A stretch of 64,000 nt of DNA from Bacillota bacterium (GCA_050952625.1 JBMNLH010000001.1:1248001-1312000), one strand, 5' to 3'; shown: positions 21,494-33,910, counted from the first letter of the stretch. Program-made: numbers and translations. The notes: generated from the sequence alone by a model not told the origin.

Positions 21494-21510
21494 TTGGCAT
21501 ATAAATTGCA
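21494..21510 (+). promoter_or_regulatory. Sigma54 -24/-12 promoter
   Basis: TTGGCATATAAATTGCA, near-consensus. Confidence 0.85.
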
Positions 21511-21558
21511 ACTAAACTTTGCTAGCAATCACTTGAATGACAATAAATTTATTAGGGG

Positions 21559-21813
21559 GTGTGGTTTATGGTAACAATCACTTCATTCTGGATTATAGTA
21601 GCTTTTTATGTAATTGCCAAGATCTGTCTCTTTACTGGAATCTACTTAGTAACCAAGGCTATTGAGAAACGGGCACTGCGTGAGAAAAAGCAACGACTAG
21701 CCAATTTTCAACTTTATGAACTCGAAACCCTTATTCGCAGGAAGGAGCTAAGCCGAAAAAATACCCTCAAGGATCAAGAGCTCTTCAGAGTGCGTCATAA
21801 ACGTTATGCTTGA
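21559..21813 (+). CDS. Small single-TM protein, paralog 2 (likely start ATG 21568)
   Basis: Clear paralogy to 20862..21110. Confidence 0.8.
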   Translation: MWFMVTITSFWIIVAFYVIAKICLFTGIYLVTKAIEKRALREKKQRLANFQLYELETLIRRKELSRKNTLKDQELFRVRHKRYA

Positions 21814-21940
21814 TAGTTCAAAGATAAGTGGGTTTGTATAATTGGTGATTTTTAAATTTAACCAGTCCATGTTCCAACTGGTTGGTATTGAAATAATACT
21901 TTAATATATAATACCTTAATACTTTATATTAGTGGATTAT

Positions 21941-21970
21941 AAAAAGGAGTCAGTCCAAAGACTCCTTTTT
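21941..21970. terminator. Bidirectional intrinsic terminator
   Basis: AAAAAGGAGTC-agtccaaa-GACTCCTTTTT between convergent genes. Confidence 0.8.
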
Positions 21971-22019
21971 ATAATTTTGTTTATAATTTGGCAAATAAGA
22001 TCTATAACAGTATCAAGGA

Positions 22020-22724
22020 CTAGGCCCAACCAGGAGGCGTATTTTGAAAAAACTTTTTAGCCGAGACTTTAGGGTTGATTGAGTTTTCTTTGGTGGGGAT
22101 ATCTAGATATGCAGTTCTGGTGATTAGTAGCACTTCCAATAAAGAAGGGACACGTTCAGTTAGAGTATGCTCAGAAATTTGAAGGAATATCGCGGCATCC
22201 TTAATTGCCTGTTTCAAGGTTCGCACTCCATCAAAATACATCCACAGAATATAAGCCACAAAGTCTAATCCGGCCACCGGACTACCATCAATATGAGCAA
22301 TTAAATATTCGCGGGGGTCTTCTAAATTTACTCCTAAACCAACTCCTTGAGCAATTATCTTTAAGGATAATAATTCGCTGGATAATTTGTTTTGTTCAAA
22401 AGGAATGATTAGTTTACCTTCCAGAAGTTCTGTGAGATGCTTAATCCAAATATCCGGAGATTCAATAGACTTATTCTCGAATAGGTGCTTTTTTATTTCT
22501 GCACCACTGGCCGGAACCGTGGCCCTTAACCAGATATCCACGGCTGGCCAAGGTATTCCATGAAATTTATCTCCGCAGCGAATCCAATAAAGTCTTTCAT
22601 TTGGATTAAAAGGATCTGTATCATTTGGTCCGGATATTATCCCCACTGAAAAACCAACGGATATAAAGATTTGTTTGTTTAGCTGATCTATATTTTCCGT
22701 TAATTTGTTATCCATCAAACTCAC
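22020..22724 (-). CDS. Hypothetical protein with internal duplication and PqqD/RRE-like helices
   Basis: RBS GGAGAGG; LDFVAYILWMYFDGVRTLKQAI resembles a PqqD-type segment. Confidence 0.65.
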   Translation of the reverse strand: MSLMDNKLTENIDQLNKQIFISVGFSVGIISGPNDTDPFNPNERLYWIRCGDKFHGIPWPAVDIWLRATVPASGAEIKKHLFENKSIESPDIWIKHLTELLEGKLIIPFEQNKLSSELLSLKIIAQGVGLGVNLEDPREYLIAHIDGSPVAGLDFVAYILWMYFDGVRTLKQAIKDAAIFLQISEHTLTERVPSLLEVLLITRTAYLDIPTKENSINPKVSAKKFFQNTPPGWA

Positions 22725-22852
22725 CTCTCCTTCGAAAATACAGGGCGTTAGGGTAAATCAGCCCGATTCTGAATATCGGAAGAACGAAGCAATCAAGAAG
22801 CTCATTTCGCAGATTGAGGTCTAATGTTTAATGTATAATATTTATTACTTAC

Positions 22853-23372
22853 CTAATGTTGAATAGTAAAACCAGACTGTTCATTAGGAAAGATGCGAAT
22901 AACCCGCTCACGACGCCGTATTTCCTGGTTGAGCCGTTCCACTCCGTTAGTGGTGCGTAGTCTTTTTCGGTACTTTAGTGGCAGGATTAAAACGGCGGTA
23001 ATGTCATCAAATGCTTCATCCAAAAGACATACAGCTTTCGGTGCTTTGGATTCGTATTTGTTGATAATCTTATCCCGGGTATCTCGGGCACTTTCAATGT
23101 CAACTGCTTCATAGAGTTGTCGTAAATCTTCTTTGATTTCCGGCTGGTGTGACTTGGGTGTCTGGTCCAACATATTTCTGGAAAAATGGGTTTGACACCG
23201 CTGCCAGGTGGCTCCCTGAAAATGTTTCTGTATAGCATTTACCAGTCCTTTATGATTATCAGAAGTGATCAGGTGGACACTTTTTAGTCCTCGTTCTTCA
23301 AGAGAACCAAAGAGTTCACCCCAACTGCTTTCAGATTCAGTGTTAGCTACATGAAAACCGATGATTTCACGA
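22853..23372 (-). pseudogene. IS256-family transposase fragment (frameshifted, truncated)
   Basis: LITSDNHKGL, FQGATWQRCQTHF, RLRTTNGVERLNQEIRRRERVIRIFPN spread over two frames. Confidence 0.88.
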
Positions 23373-23615
23373 CATTAAAACTGATAATCAAGTGCTATAT
23401 TATATGTTTAAATTGTTTGAAAAAGGCAACGATATGACTCAGAAGACAGAGGAAGATAGACAATAATTGATTGGTTTTCGACATTCATTTTTCAAAACAG
23501 TTGATTTAGCAGGTATTTTTACAATAATGTAGAAACCTTTTACAATGTAAAGCCTTTTACAACGGAAACGGTTTACTATCCTCCATGATGTCCTGATTAG
23601 AAAGGAGATATTAAA

Positions 23616-24164
23616 GTGAAAATTTATCACGGTTCTCGTAAAAATGGCAAGCCATACGTAACAGTGCAGGATGACTCCAATGCGGCACTCAGGCCCCTCC
23701 GACATTTTGTCAAGCATACCCCGTCAGGGTTTGATTGGGGTCACGGAGGGTCCGGCCCGGCAGACTTAGCGTGGGCACTACTTATTGACTTCTATGGCCC
23801 TAAGGCGATTCACTTTGCGGAGTTTATTTATCAAAAGTTCAAGCGAGATGTAATTGCTAACCTTGATCCACAAGAATGGACATTAACTGGCGAAGCAATA
23901 GCCGAATCAGTTAACCAATACAAAATAATTTTTGATGAAGAGTTTAACAAAACGATCAGTATATCGAGCAACTATACTGATAACCTTACAATAACTGCTA
24001 CCGGCAATATCGAAGCATTGATTAAGCTTAGCGATGAAATAAAAGCTTTAGCCTCTGAAGCTAGTATGGATCTAACTAGCACTAATTTGGGGGATATCTA
24101 TTACCAGGTTCTGCAGTATTGCGAGATGATGAAACAAGATCTTCTCAACAAAATAGGGGCTTAA
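23616..24164 (+). CDS. DUF6166-like protein with C-terminal extension
   Basis: HTPSGFDWGHGGSGPADLAWALL...YQKFKRDVIA motif; RBS AAGGAG. Confidence 0.7.
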   Translation: MKIYHGSRKNGKPYVTVQDDSNAALRPLRHFVKHTPSGFDWGHGGSGPADLAWALLIDFYGPKAIHFAEFIYQKFKRDVIANLDPQEWTLTGEAIAESVNQYKIIFDEEFNKTISISSNYTDNLTITATGNIEALIKLSDEIKALASEASMDLTSTNLGDIYYQVLQYCEMMKQDLLNKIGA

Positions 24165-24378
24165 TGTTTTAGCTGTTTATCTATTAACCCGCGATAATTT
24201 ACTCGTGATAATTAACCCATGATAATAACTGTAAAGACTAAAATTAGGCGAGGTCGTTCAATGATATTGGCGACCTCGTTTGATGTAAGCAAACAAAGTC
24301 ACCCTATTTTCTGTATTGATAACTTCACTTTTTTAGTCTAATATTTAAATTCAATTGCTGTTTTAGCGAAAAAAGGTA

Positions 24379-24407
24379 TTGACAGTCAATTCAGTCCCTG
24401 GTATACT
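24379..24407 (+). promoter_or_regulatory. rrn P1 promoter
   Basis: TTGACA-17-TATACT with upstream A tract. Confidence 0.85.
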
Positions 24408-24494
24408 TTTGATTCGTTGACGGGCATAAAACTACAGGTAAGACTAACCAGTATTACCTAGAGTTAAGCTGAACTAGCTGGCAACAAAAGGTTG

Positions 24495-24523
24495 TTGACA
24501 GACACAGCGGCCCTTGCTACAAT
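24495..24523 (+). promoter_or_regulatory. rrn P2 promoter
   Basis: TTGACA-17-TACAAT. Confidence 0.85.
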
Positions 24524-24719
24524 AAAGTTCCGCTGAAGGCAAAAGCCCAAAGCGACCGACGCGAGTCGGACCCTGATCCCTGAAAACTGAACAGTTGTCA
24601 AAATGTGCGAAGCCTGATGCAAAAGTCAAGGACCTCGATCAACGAGAGTTTCAAGACAAAGCAAGGTAGCGACAAGCTAGCGAAATAGTAAATAAGAGCA
24701 GATAAGCTCTTCGATATTT

Positions 24720-26399
<1,680 letters not shown>

Positions 26400-27986
26400 A
26401 GTAACATCCGAAAGGATGCGAAACCAGGTCGGTCGTCAGACTTCGCATAACAACTGTTTAGTTTTGAGGGACCAGGCAACTGGCAACTCAAAGAAAAATA
26501 AAAAACCAAAAGCTTCTAACCAAAGAAGCCGCGGTAAAAAAGACTTCCCATAAATTTAGCCAAACTCAAAAGAGCCAGGCCAAACCAGAGGGAAGCCAAA
26601 CTCGACTAACTAAGAAAAAACCGAAAGCTAGTCGAAACCGAACCCTGAAAACTGCACAGCGAATTATAAAAAAGTTCTGTCAAGCGCAAGCCAAAGGATT
26701 AAACCAAAAAACCTTAAAGTAGACCTTAAAGTAGAAAGACAAAGGTCAAGCTACTAAGGGCGTACGGAGGATGCCTAGGCGCTAAGAGACGAAGAAGGAC
26801 GCGGTAAGCTGCGAAAAGCCTCGGGGAGCCGCAAGCAGGCCTAGATCCGGGGATCTCCGAATGGGGCAACCCAACTGGAGTAATGTCCAGTTACGGCTAA
26901 CTGAATCCATAGGTTAGTCGAGACAACCAGGGGAACTGAAACATCTTAGTACCCTGAGGAAAAGAAAACAACAGTGATTCCCCAAGTAGCGGCGAGCGAA
27001 CCGGGAAGAGCCCAAACCTCAAGAGTGTCAAAGCCTGCCGGCGTTGCTTTTGAGGGGTAGCGGGACCATCCTGGGCAGCGGCAGCAGCCCAAAGGAGTAA
27101 GAAACCATACTTCTAGGTGAAGCGGTCTGGAAAGACCCGCCACAGAGAGCAACAGCCTCGTAACCGAAAGAAGCATGGCTCCTGGATGGGATCCCAAGTA
27201 CTGCGGGACACGTGGAACCCCGTGGGAATCAGGGAGGACCACCTCCTAAGGCTAAATACTCCTTAGCGACCGATAGTGAACCAGTACCGTGAGGGAAAGG
27301 TGAAAAGCACCCCGGGAGGGGAGTGAAAAAGAACCTGAAACCGTATGCCTACAACCAGTCGGAGCTATTTCTTCGGAAAGAGTGACGGCGTACTTTTTGT
27401 AGAACGGACCGGCGAGTTACAGTAACTAGCAAGGTTAAGGAAACGGAGCCGAAGCGAAAGCAAGTCTTAAAAGGGCGAAAGTTAGTTGCTGTAGACCCGA
27501 AACCGGGTGATCTACCCATGGCCAGAGTGAAGCGATGGTAAGACATCGTGGAGGCTCGAACCAACCGTTGTTGAAACAGCGGTGGATGAGCTGTGGGTAG
27601 GGGTGAAATGCCAATCGAACCCGGAGATAGCTGGTTCTCCCCGAAATAGCTTTAGGGCTAGCCTCAAGGGATAATTGATGGGGGTAGAGCACTGAATAGG
27701 CTAGGGGCCTTACCCGGTTACCGAACCTTCTCAAACTCCGAATACCATCAATCGGACCTTGGGAGTCAGACTGCGAATGATAAGATCCGTAGTCGAGAGG
27801 GAAACAGCCCAGACCGTCGATTAAGGTCCCCAAGTGTGGACTAAGTGGAAAAGGATGTGGGGTTGCCCAGACAACCAGGATGTTGGCTTAGAAGCAGCCA
27901 CCATTCAAAGAGTGCGTAATAGCTCACTGGTCAAGTGACCCTGCGCCGAAAATTCCCGGGGCTCAAGTCCACCACCGAAATCACGG

Positions 27987-28460
27987 ATCGTCTAGATGTT
28001 AGATGTTGGATGTTGGATATTAGATAGGGATAACGGAAGACATGAAGCAAGGTTATGAAAGACTTAGGATATACCAAATCTCATACGAAATGGCAGTCTT
28101 GATTCATAGAGAGACGCAAGAATTACCGAAAGAAGAAAGATATGAATTAGGCAGTCAAATGAGAAGAGCGGCTATATCCATACCGTTAAACATAGCGGAA
28201 GGCTATGCAAGAAAGCAGTCTCAAGCAGATTTTGCACACTTTATAGCCATAGCTTTAGGATCTTGCAATGAAACAACCGTATTATTAAACCTGGCTAGAG
28301 ACTTAGGGTATCTGGTGGAAGAGAAGGCAGCAGATTATCTAACCCGGTATCAAGAACTGGGTAAACAGATTAATGTATTTCACCAGAAACTAAAATCATC
28401 AAAGAGCCAAAATCGAAACCCATCTAACGTCTAAAATCTAAGATCTAACATCTAGACGAT
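27987..28460 (+). other. 23S helix-45 intervening sequence
   Basis: Perfect 18-bp terminal inverted repeat ATCGTCTAGATGTTAGAT/ATCTAACATCTAGACGAT, extended by G-U-paired 7-mers, directly before GGTAGGGGAGCGTTC. Confidence 0.92.
28042..28434 (+). CDS. Four-helix-bundle protein (23S rRNA IVP / Avd-like family)
   Basis: YERLRIYQ...LPKEERYELGSQMRRAAISIPLNIAEGY...F..IALGSCNE. Confidence 0.93.
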   Translation: MKQGYERLRIYQISYEMAVLIHRETQELPKEERYELGSQMRRAAISIPLNIAEGYARKQSQADFAHFIAIALGSCNETTVLLNLARDLGYLVEEKAADYLTRYQELGKQINVFHQKLKSSKSQNRNPSNV

Positions 28461-28921
28461 GGTAGGGGAGCGTTCCCACAGCAACGAAGTCATCCTGGAA
28501 GGGATGGTGGAGCAGTGGGAAGAGATAATGCCGGTATGAGTAAGCGAAAAGGCAGGTGAGAATCCTGCCCGCCGAAAGCCTAAGGTTTCCTGGGGAAGGC
28601 TCGTCCGCCCAGGGTAAGTCGGGACCTAAGCTGAGGCCGAAAGGCGTAGGCGATGGACAACCGGTGGAAATTCCGGTACCACCCCAAGCCGCTCGAGCGA
28701 AGGGGGGACGCAGGAGGGTAAGCGAAGCGTACCGTTGGTTGAGTACGCGCAAGCTGGTAGGGGGTAAGACAGGCAAATCCGTCTTACACAAACCCTGAGA
28801 AGTGACGCCGAGGGAAATAAAGTACCGAAGTCGCTGAACCCAAACTGCCAAGAAAAGCCTCTAGCAAGGCAAAAGGGTGCCCGTACCGCAAACCGACACA
28901 GGTAGGCGAGGAGAGAATCCT

Positions 28922-28953
<32 letters not shown>

Positions 28954-29179
28954 CGGCAAAATGACCCCGTAACTTCGGGAGAAGGGGTACCCCGCGTAGC
29001 GTGACTATGTGAACATATAGAAGCGTGAGGGGGTCGCAGTGAAGAGGCCCAGGCGACTGTTTACCAAAAACACAGGTCCCTGCCAAAGCGAAAGCTGAAG
29101 TATAGGGGCTGACGCCTGCCCGGTGCTGGAAGGTTAAGGGGAGAGGTTAGCGCAAGCGAAGCTTTGAACCGAAGCCCCA

Positions 29180-29264
<85 letters not shown>

Positions 29265-29514
29265 TCTGGGCACTGTCTCAACGAGGGGCTCGGTGAAATT
29301 GTACTACCGGTAAAGATGCCGGTTACCTGCGACAGGACAGAAAGACCCCGTGGAGCTTTACTGTAGCCTGATATTGGATTTTGGTAGGCAATGTACAGGA
29401 TAGGTGGGAGGCAGAGAAGCAAGTCCGCCAGGATTTGTGGAGCCAACGGTGGGATACCACTCTTTGTGTACTGAAGTTCTAACTCGGCCCTGTGATCCAG
29501 GGTGAGGACATTGT

Positions 29515-29547
<33 letters not shown>

Positions 29548-29548
29548 C

Positions 29549-29582
<34 letters not shown>

Positions 29583-29703
29583 AATGGTTGGAAATCATTC
29601 GCAGAGTGTAAAGGCAGAAGGGAGCTTGACTGTAAGAGAGACATCTCGAGCAGGGACGAAAGTCGGGCTTAGTGATCCGGTGGTCCCGAGTGGAAGGGCC
29701 ATC

Positions 29704-29740
<37 letters not shown>

Positions 29741-29769
29741 TATCTCGCCCAAGAGTCCATATCGACGGC

Positions 29770-29853
<84 letters not shown>

Positions 29854-29858
29854 TACGT

Positions 29859-29901
<43 letters not shown>

Positions 29902-29926
29902 TCGCAGGCGCAGGAAACTTGAGAGG

Positions 29927-29964
<38 letters not shown>

Positions 29965-30016
29965 GCTGGTGTATCAGTTGTTCCGCCAGGGGCAACGCTG
30001 AGTAGCTATGTTCGGA

Positions 30017-30048
<32 letters not shown>

Positions 30049-30333
30049 ACCGGCCTCAAGATGAGGTTTCCCATGGAGTCAATCCAGTAAGACCCCAGCA
30101 AGACTAGCTGGTAGATAGGCCAGGAGTGTAAGAACAGCAATGTTTTCAGCTGACTGGTACTAATCGGTCGAGGGCTTGACCTAGTCTTCTAAACGAAAGG
30201 CGTTTAGAGTTTAAACTGAGGTTTTGATAGAACATAAAAATTCGCTGTGAAGTTTTGAGGGTTCAAAATTAGGGATAAGACAATGACCTAATAGATGACA
30301 TAATACAGAACCCTAAACTAATTGAATAAAGCT

Positions 30334-30451
30334 TTCTGGTGACGATAGCGGAGAAGAAACACCCGTTCCCATCCCGAACACGGCAGTTAAGCTCTCCAGC
30401 GCCGATGGTACTTGGGTGGTGACGCCCTGGGAGAGTAGGTCGTTGCCAGGA
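30334..30451 (+). rRNA. rrf: 5S rRNA
   Basis: TCTGGTGACGATAGC...CCCATCCCGAACACGG...GAGAGTAGGTCGTTGCCAGG. Confidence 0.97.
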
Positions 30452-30457
30452 TATTTT

Positions 30458-30484
30458 AAAGCCTCAGGTTTTGCCTGAGGCTTT
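30458..30484 (+). terminator. rrn terminator
   Basis: AAAGCCTCAGG-ttttg-CCTGAGGCTTT. Confidence 0.85.
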
Positions 30485-30687
30485 GGTTTATGTGCGCCAC
30501 GCATGGCGATTAACTAGACGGTGAAAGTCCGTTATGGGGGTATGTAGCGACCAACCATTAGCCTAAGGCAAGGGTGTCCATCGAAAGGTGGAATCTAAAG
30601 GAAGCCAGCGGCAAAATTCCGACCCGAGGAACACGAACAATATTAGGCGCAAAACGTGGGGTAAGACTGCACAACAAGTTGAAGCCC

Positions 30688-30813
30688 AAGCTCATCCAAA
30701 TCCTATCGGAAACAATAAAGGACGGACGAGTCATATCCTTAATCCACAAATTCCTCAAAGCAGGGGTCATGATGAATGGACTATTCGAAGAGAGCCCTGA
30801 GGGTGTCCCGCAG
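30688..30813 (+). pseudogene. Group II intron RT fragment 1
   Basis: KLIQILSETIKDGRVISLIHKFLKAGVM...EGVPQ. Confidence 0.85.
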
Positions 30814-31090
30814 GAAAGTAAATTGTAATGCAAAGCAAACGCATTAAAAGCAAGGTTTTAGAGCATTTGTTCTAGAATTACTTTGCATAATAATCTCGAT
30901 AAATAGTCGACATTACCCCTTAAAAATGCGGAAAAAGCAGTCCATTTAGTGTAGATAAAAGCGATTTCGGTATATTTTCTCGATTTATTTGATTATCACG
31001 CTACTTGATTATGCAAAGTAAATTTGATCTATACCTACTAAAGACAGGCTTTCCCACTGTTTACTTTGCATAATTACTTTCTTTGCATAA
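30814..31090. mobile_element. 277-bp non-coding insertion with repeated TTTGCATAA motifs
   Basis: Splits the RT motif PQ|GG exactly; imperfect terminal IR GAAAGTAA..ATGCAAAG / CTTTGCAT..TTACTTTC plus internal copies. Confidence 0.7.
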
Positions 31091-31777
31091 GGCGGCCCCG
31101 TTAGTGTACTCTTAAGCAACATATATCTTCACTACGTATTGGACCCATGGTTCGAAAAAGTAGTAAAACCAAGGCTTAAAGGAGAGAGTTACTTAATCCG
31201 TTATATTGATGACTTTGTGGTATGTTTCCAGTACCGAGCAGACGCAATCAAGTTTTGTGAGGCATTGGAGAATAGACTAAGTAAGTTTTCACTGAGCATT
31301 GAAACGAATAAAACAAGGTTTGTCGAGTTCGGCAGGTTCTCATCAAAGCACGCCAAGGAAAAAGGAAAGAAGATGGAGACAATTTACTTCCTTGGCTTTA
31401 CGCACTTTTGTACAAGAAATAGAAAAGGTAATTTCATGGTAGGCAGGAAGACAGAGAAGAGCAGACTTAAGAGAAGCATACAAAAAATCACCGACAAAAT
31501 GAGGGAAATCAGGCACTGGGCAATAAAAGACCAGGCAGATAAAATTAACGAAATGCTCAGAGGACATTACAACTACTATGGAATGGGTGGTAACCTTAAA
31601 TCATTGCTCAGGGTATACTACAGAGTCGAAGATTACTGGCGGAAAATGTTAAGTAGCCGAAGCTGGAAGGGTTATATAACTTGGGACAAATACAAGGAAA
31701 TTAAGAAAACGTTCCCGATATTGCGACCCAAGATAAGAATCCCGTTTGGGAGCATGAAATCTTACGCAATGCTGTGA
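31091..31777 (+). pseudogene. Group II intron RT/maturase fragment 2
   Basis: GGPVSVLLSNIYLHYVLDPWFEK...RYIDDFV...FLGFTH...LRGHYNYYG. Confidence 0.9.
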
Positions 31778-31924
31778 ATCAATTTCTGAAGAGCTAGCTG
31801 CGGGAAATCCGCACGGCTGGTTCTGTGGGGGTATGGGCTACGAATTGCGTAGCCCTTCTACCCGGAGTCGGCTGACCAAATAATGATCAGCCTCCTACCC
31901 GATTTCTTAAAAGCGCAGCAGGAT

Positions 31925-32113
31925 TGAAGAAATACCCCTTAGGGCAATTCAAGACAATAATATCCTGGCCATTTCCGTGAGTAGCCGCGAACTAGAACGC
32001 TACGAGAAAGCCATCCAGGAATATGGGCTTATCAATTCGGTAGTAGTCCGCCGATGTGCTCCAGAGCATTATCAGATACTAGCCGGCGAATGTGAGCGGA
32101 TGGTCTTAAACTA
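31925..32113 (+). pseudogene. ParB-like N-terminal domain remnant
   Basis: Manual translation: ELERYEKAIQEYGLINSVVVRRCAPEHYQILAGECER then stop. Confidence 0.6.
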
Positions 32114-32402
32114 GACGACCGTAAGGCCTTAGAACCGATGCTCAGGCAGTGCGCGGAGGTGCTTTGCCGGTTTGTTCAACTGGTCAAAAACGCTTTTACG
32201 GAACCGATTGCTTTTTCCCCAGGAAAACTTCAATTAAGGGAGGGTAATCCTCATGGCCATTGGACTTGAACTCTACCGAAAAATCCGGCGCCTTGTTTGT
32301 CATATTGTTTCATGCTGGATACCTCCGCTGGTTTTATTGTACCAGCCTTTTGGCGTGTCCATCATTTGGGTGAGATGAGTTGGCAAAATTATTATTAAAT
32401 CT

Positions 32403-32433
32403 TGTCAACCTTTTTGTTTTGTTGTTTGTCTTA
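32403..32433 (+). promoter_or_regulatory. Putative ECF sigma promoter (copy 1)
   Basis: TGTCAACCTTTT...GTCTTA, AAC-N18-GTC. Confidence 0.7.
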
Positions 32434-32456
32434 ATTATAGGGATAAAAAATTAAAG

Positions 32457-32578
32457 GTAGGATCTCGGAAACTCAGTTACTTAACCGGGTATAGTTGTAA
32501 ATGGTAAGGGAGATGAACCAAATATATCGGGCCTTTAACAAGTTATCTTGACAGAGTTAGGGTTTTCCGAGAACTTAC
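32457..32578 (+). ncRNA. Structured leader element or miniature insertion (copy A)
   Basis: Closing stem GTAGGATCTCGGAAA/TTTCCGAGAACTTAC; homologous to 39218..39330. Confidence 0.5.
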
Positions 32579-32718
32579 AAACAAAAATAGGGGGTGTTAA
32601 TCAATGATTTAATCTATACTATTTTTCGATTAATTACAAGTTTAAACAGAGAGAACTTTAGCCGATTTTTAAGTTTGCAGGAATCGAGAAAAATTTTAAG
32701 GGGAGGAATAATAACGTT

Positions 32719-33528
32719 ATGTATAGAAGGATAAGTTTGTTACTTATATTAACTTTTTTAGCAGTCATATTGACTTGCCCACTCTTATATGCTTATGATA
32801 TTTCCCAGGAAGACAATCTCAGTTCATGGGACATAGCCATTCAAAACTCCTTAATACAGGATAATGTTAATCAGGCAGAATTAGCGGTAAATATTGAAAA
32901 AGCAAAAGAACAAAAACAACAATCGAGAGATGCTTTTATAAAAAAAGTAATATCTCAAGCAAATGAAGCTGGAATTGTACCGAAATCTTTCATTGAGCCA
33001 TTAAGTGTTAAATCGACATATACTTGGACAAATTTAATCGGATTCGATAGTGATGACGGTGGCTCGGGTGTTGGTTGGAGTGGCAGTAATTGGAATACTA
33101 CTTGGAATGCAAACTTTAACGGTTCAAGGGCAGAAATAGCTGGTTCTTATTGGGCTGAAGGCAGAGGATGGGTATATTATACCCCAGCAACATCTGGTAA
33201 TTACGATGTGTTTGCTAGTTATTATCTAACTGGAAGAATTATTGGCGGTAACTTTACAACTAAACTTTTGCTTATTGATACTAATACCGGATCAGAATAT
33301 GAACAAACTTTGTATAACACCTCGACTAGTCAATATTTTGACAATGTTTATAAATCTCATACAAAGAATTTTTATTTGACTGCTGGACATACATACGCAA
33401 TAACTTTTGTTACAGAAACAAGTGCATCAGCAACCGTTTCCGCAACTATGAGTGATTTTTACTCACAGGAATTTGACGGTACTCAACGTGAAATTGGATG
33501 GTATTCATTCTCTGTAACACCAAGATAA
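32719..33528 (+). CDS. Secreted protein with beta-rich C-terminal domain
   Basis: RBS GGGAGG; signal peptide; Ser/Thr/Gly/Tyr-rich mature part. Confidence 0.8.
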   Translation: MYRRISLLLILTFLAVILTCPLLYAYDISQEDNLSSWDIAIQNSLIQDNVNQAELAVNIEKAKEQKQQSRDAFIKKVISQANEAGIVPKSFIEPLSVKSTYTWTNLIGFDSDDGGSGVGWSGSNWNTTWNANFNGSRAEIAGSYWAEGRGWVYYTPATSGNYDVFASYYLTGRIIGGNFTTKLLLIDTNTGSEYEQTLYNTSTSQYFDNVYKSHTKNFYLTAGHTYAITFVTETSASATVSATMSDFYSQEFDGTQREIGWYSFSVTPR

Positions 33529-33561
33529 AAAGGTCGAAATACTCTTTTTAAGGGATGAAAA

Positions 33562-33843
33562 ATGGTGCAAAATAGTGATTCGTTAGCAATAGTTATAGCG
33601 CTACTCTTTATAGTTGGTATTTGTTACTATTTTTATATTGCTAATACCGTTAATAGTCAAAAAAAACGCATAATTGACTTACTTGTAATAGGTGCTATCA
33701 TCTGGTTAAGTCCTGTAATTGAAGAATGGATGAAAATTGATTCTTTGAAAATTGTTGGATTTTTAATTTTTGCATATGGATGGGGAATTCTGATTGGAGA
33801 AAAGTTCCTAGAGGGGCTTAACGAGGAAAAGCATGAAAAATAA
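33562..33843 (+). CDS. Small 3-TM membrane protein
   Basis: Three hydrophobic segments; directly follows 32719..33528. Confidence 0.7.
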   Translation: MVQNSDSLAIVIALLFIVGICYYFYIANTVNSQKKRIIDLLVIGAIIWLSPVIEEWMKIDSLKIVGFLIFAYGWGILIGEKFLEGLNEEKHEK

Positions 33844-33910
33844 GAAAGGTTAAACAATTAATTTTTAGAAAATATTCAATTTAAAAACCGTGCACATGGA
33901 GGACAAAAAG

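Larger units (their letters stand above)
30492..31903 (+). mobile_element. Degenerate chimeric group II intron (IIC-like outer ends, second intron nested)
   Basis: 5' GTGCG just after a terminator; domain V GAGCTAGCTGCGGGAAATCCGCACGGCTGGTTC; two successive 3' ends (CTACCCGG 31865, CCTACCCGAT 31903). Confidence 0.85.

Noticed and set aside
26711-26734. ACCTTAAAGTAG x2 in the 16S-23S spacer
   Set aside because: Simple local duplication with no further structure
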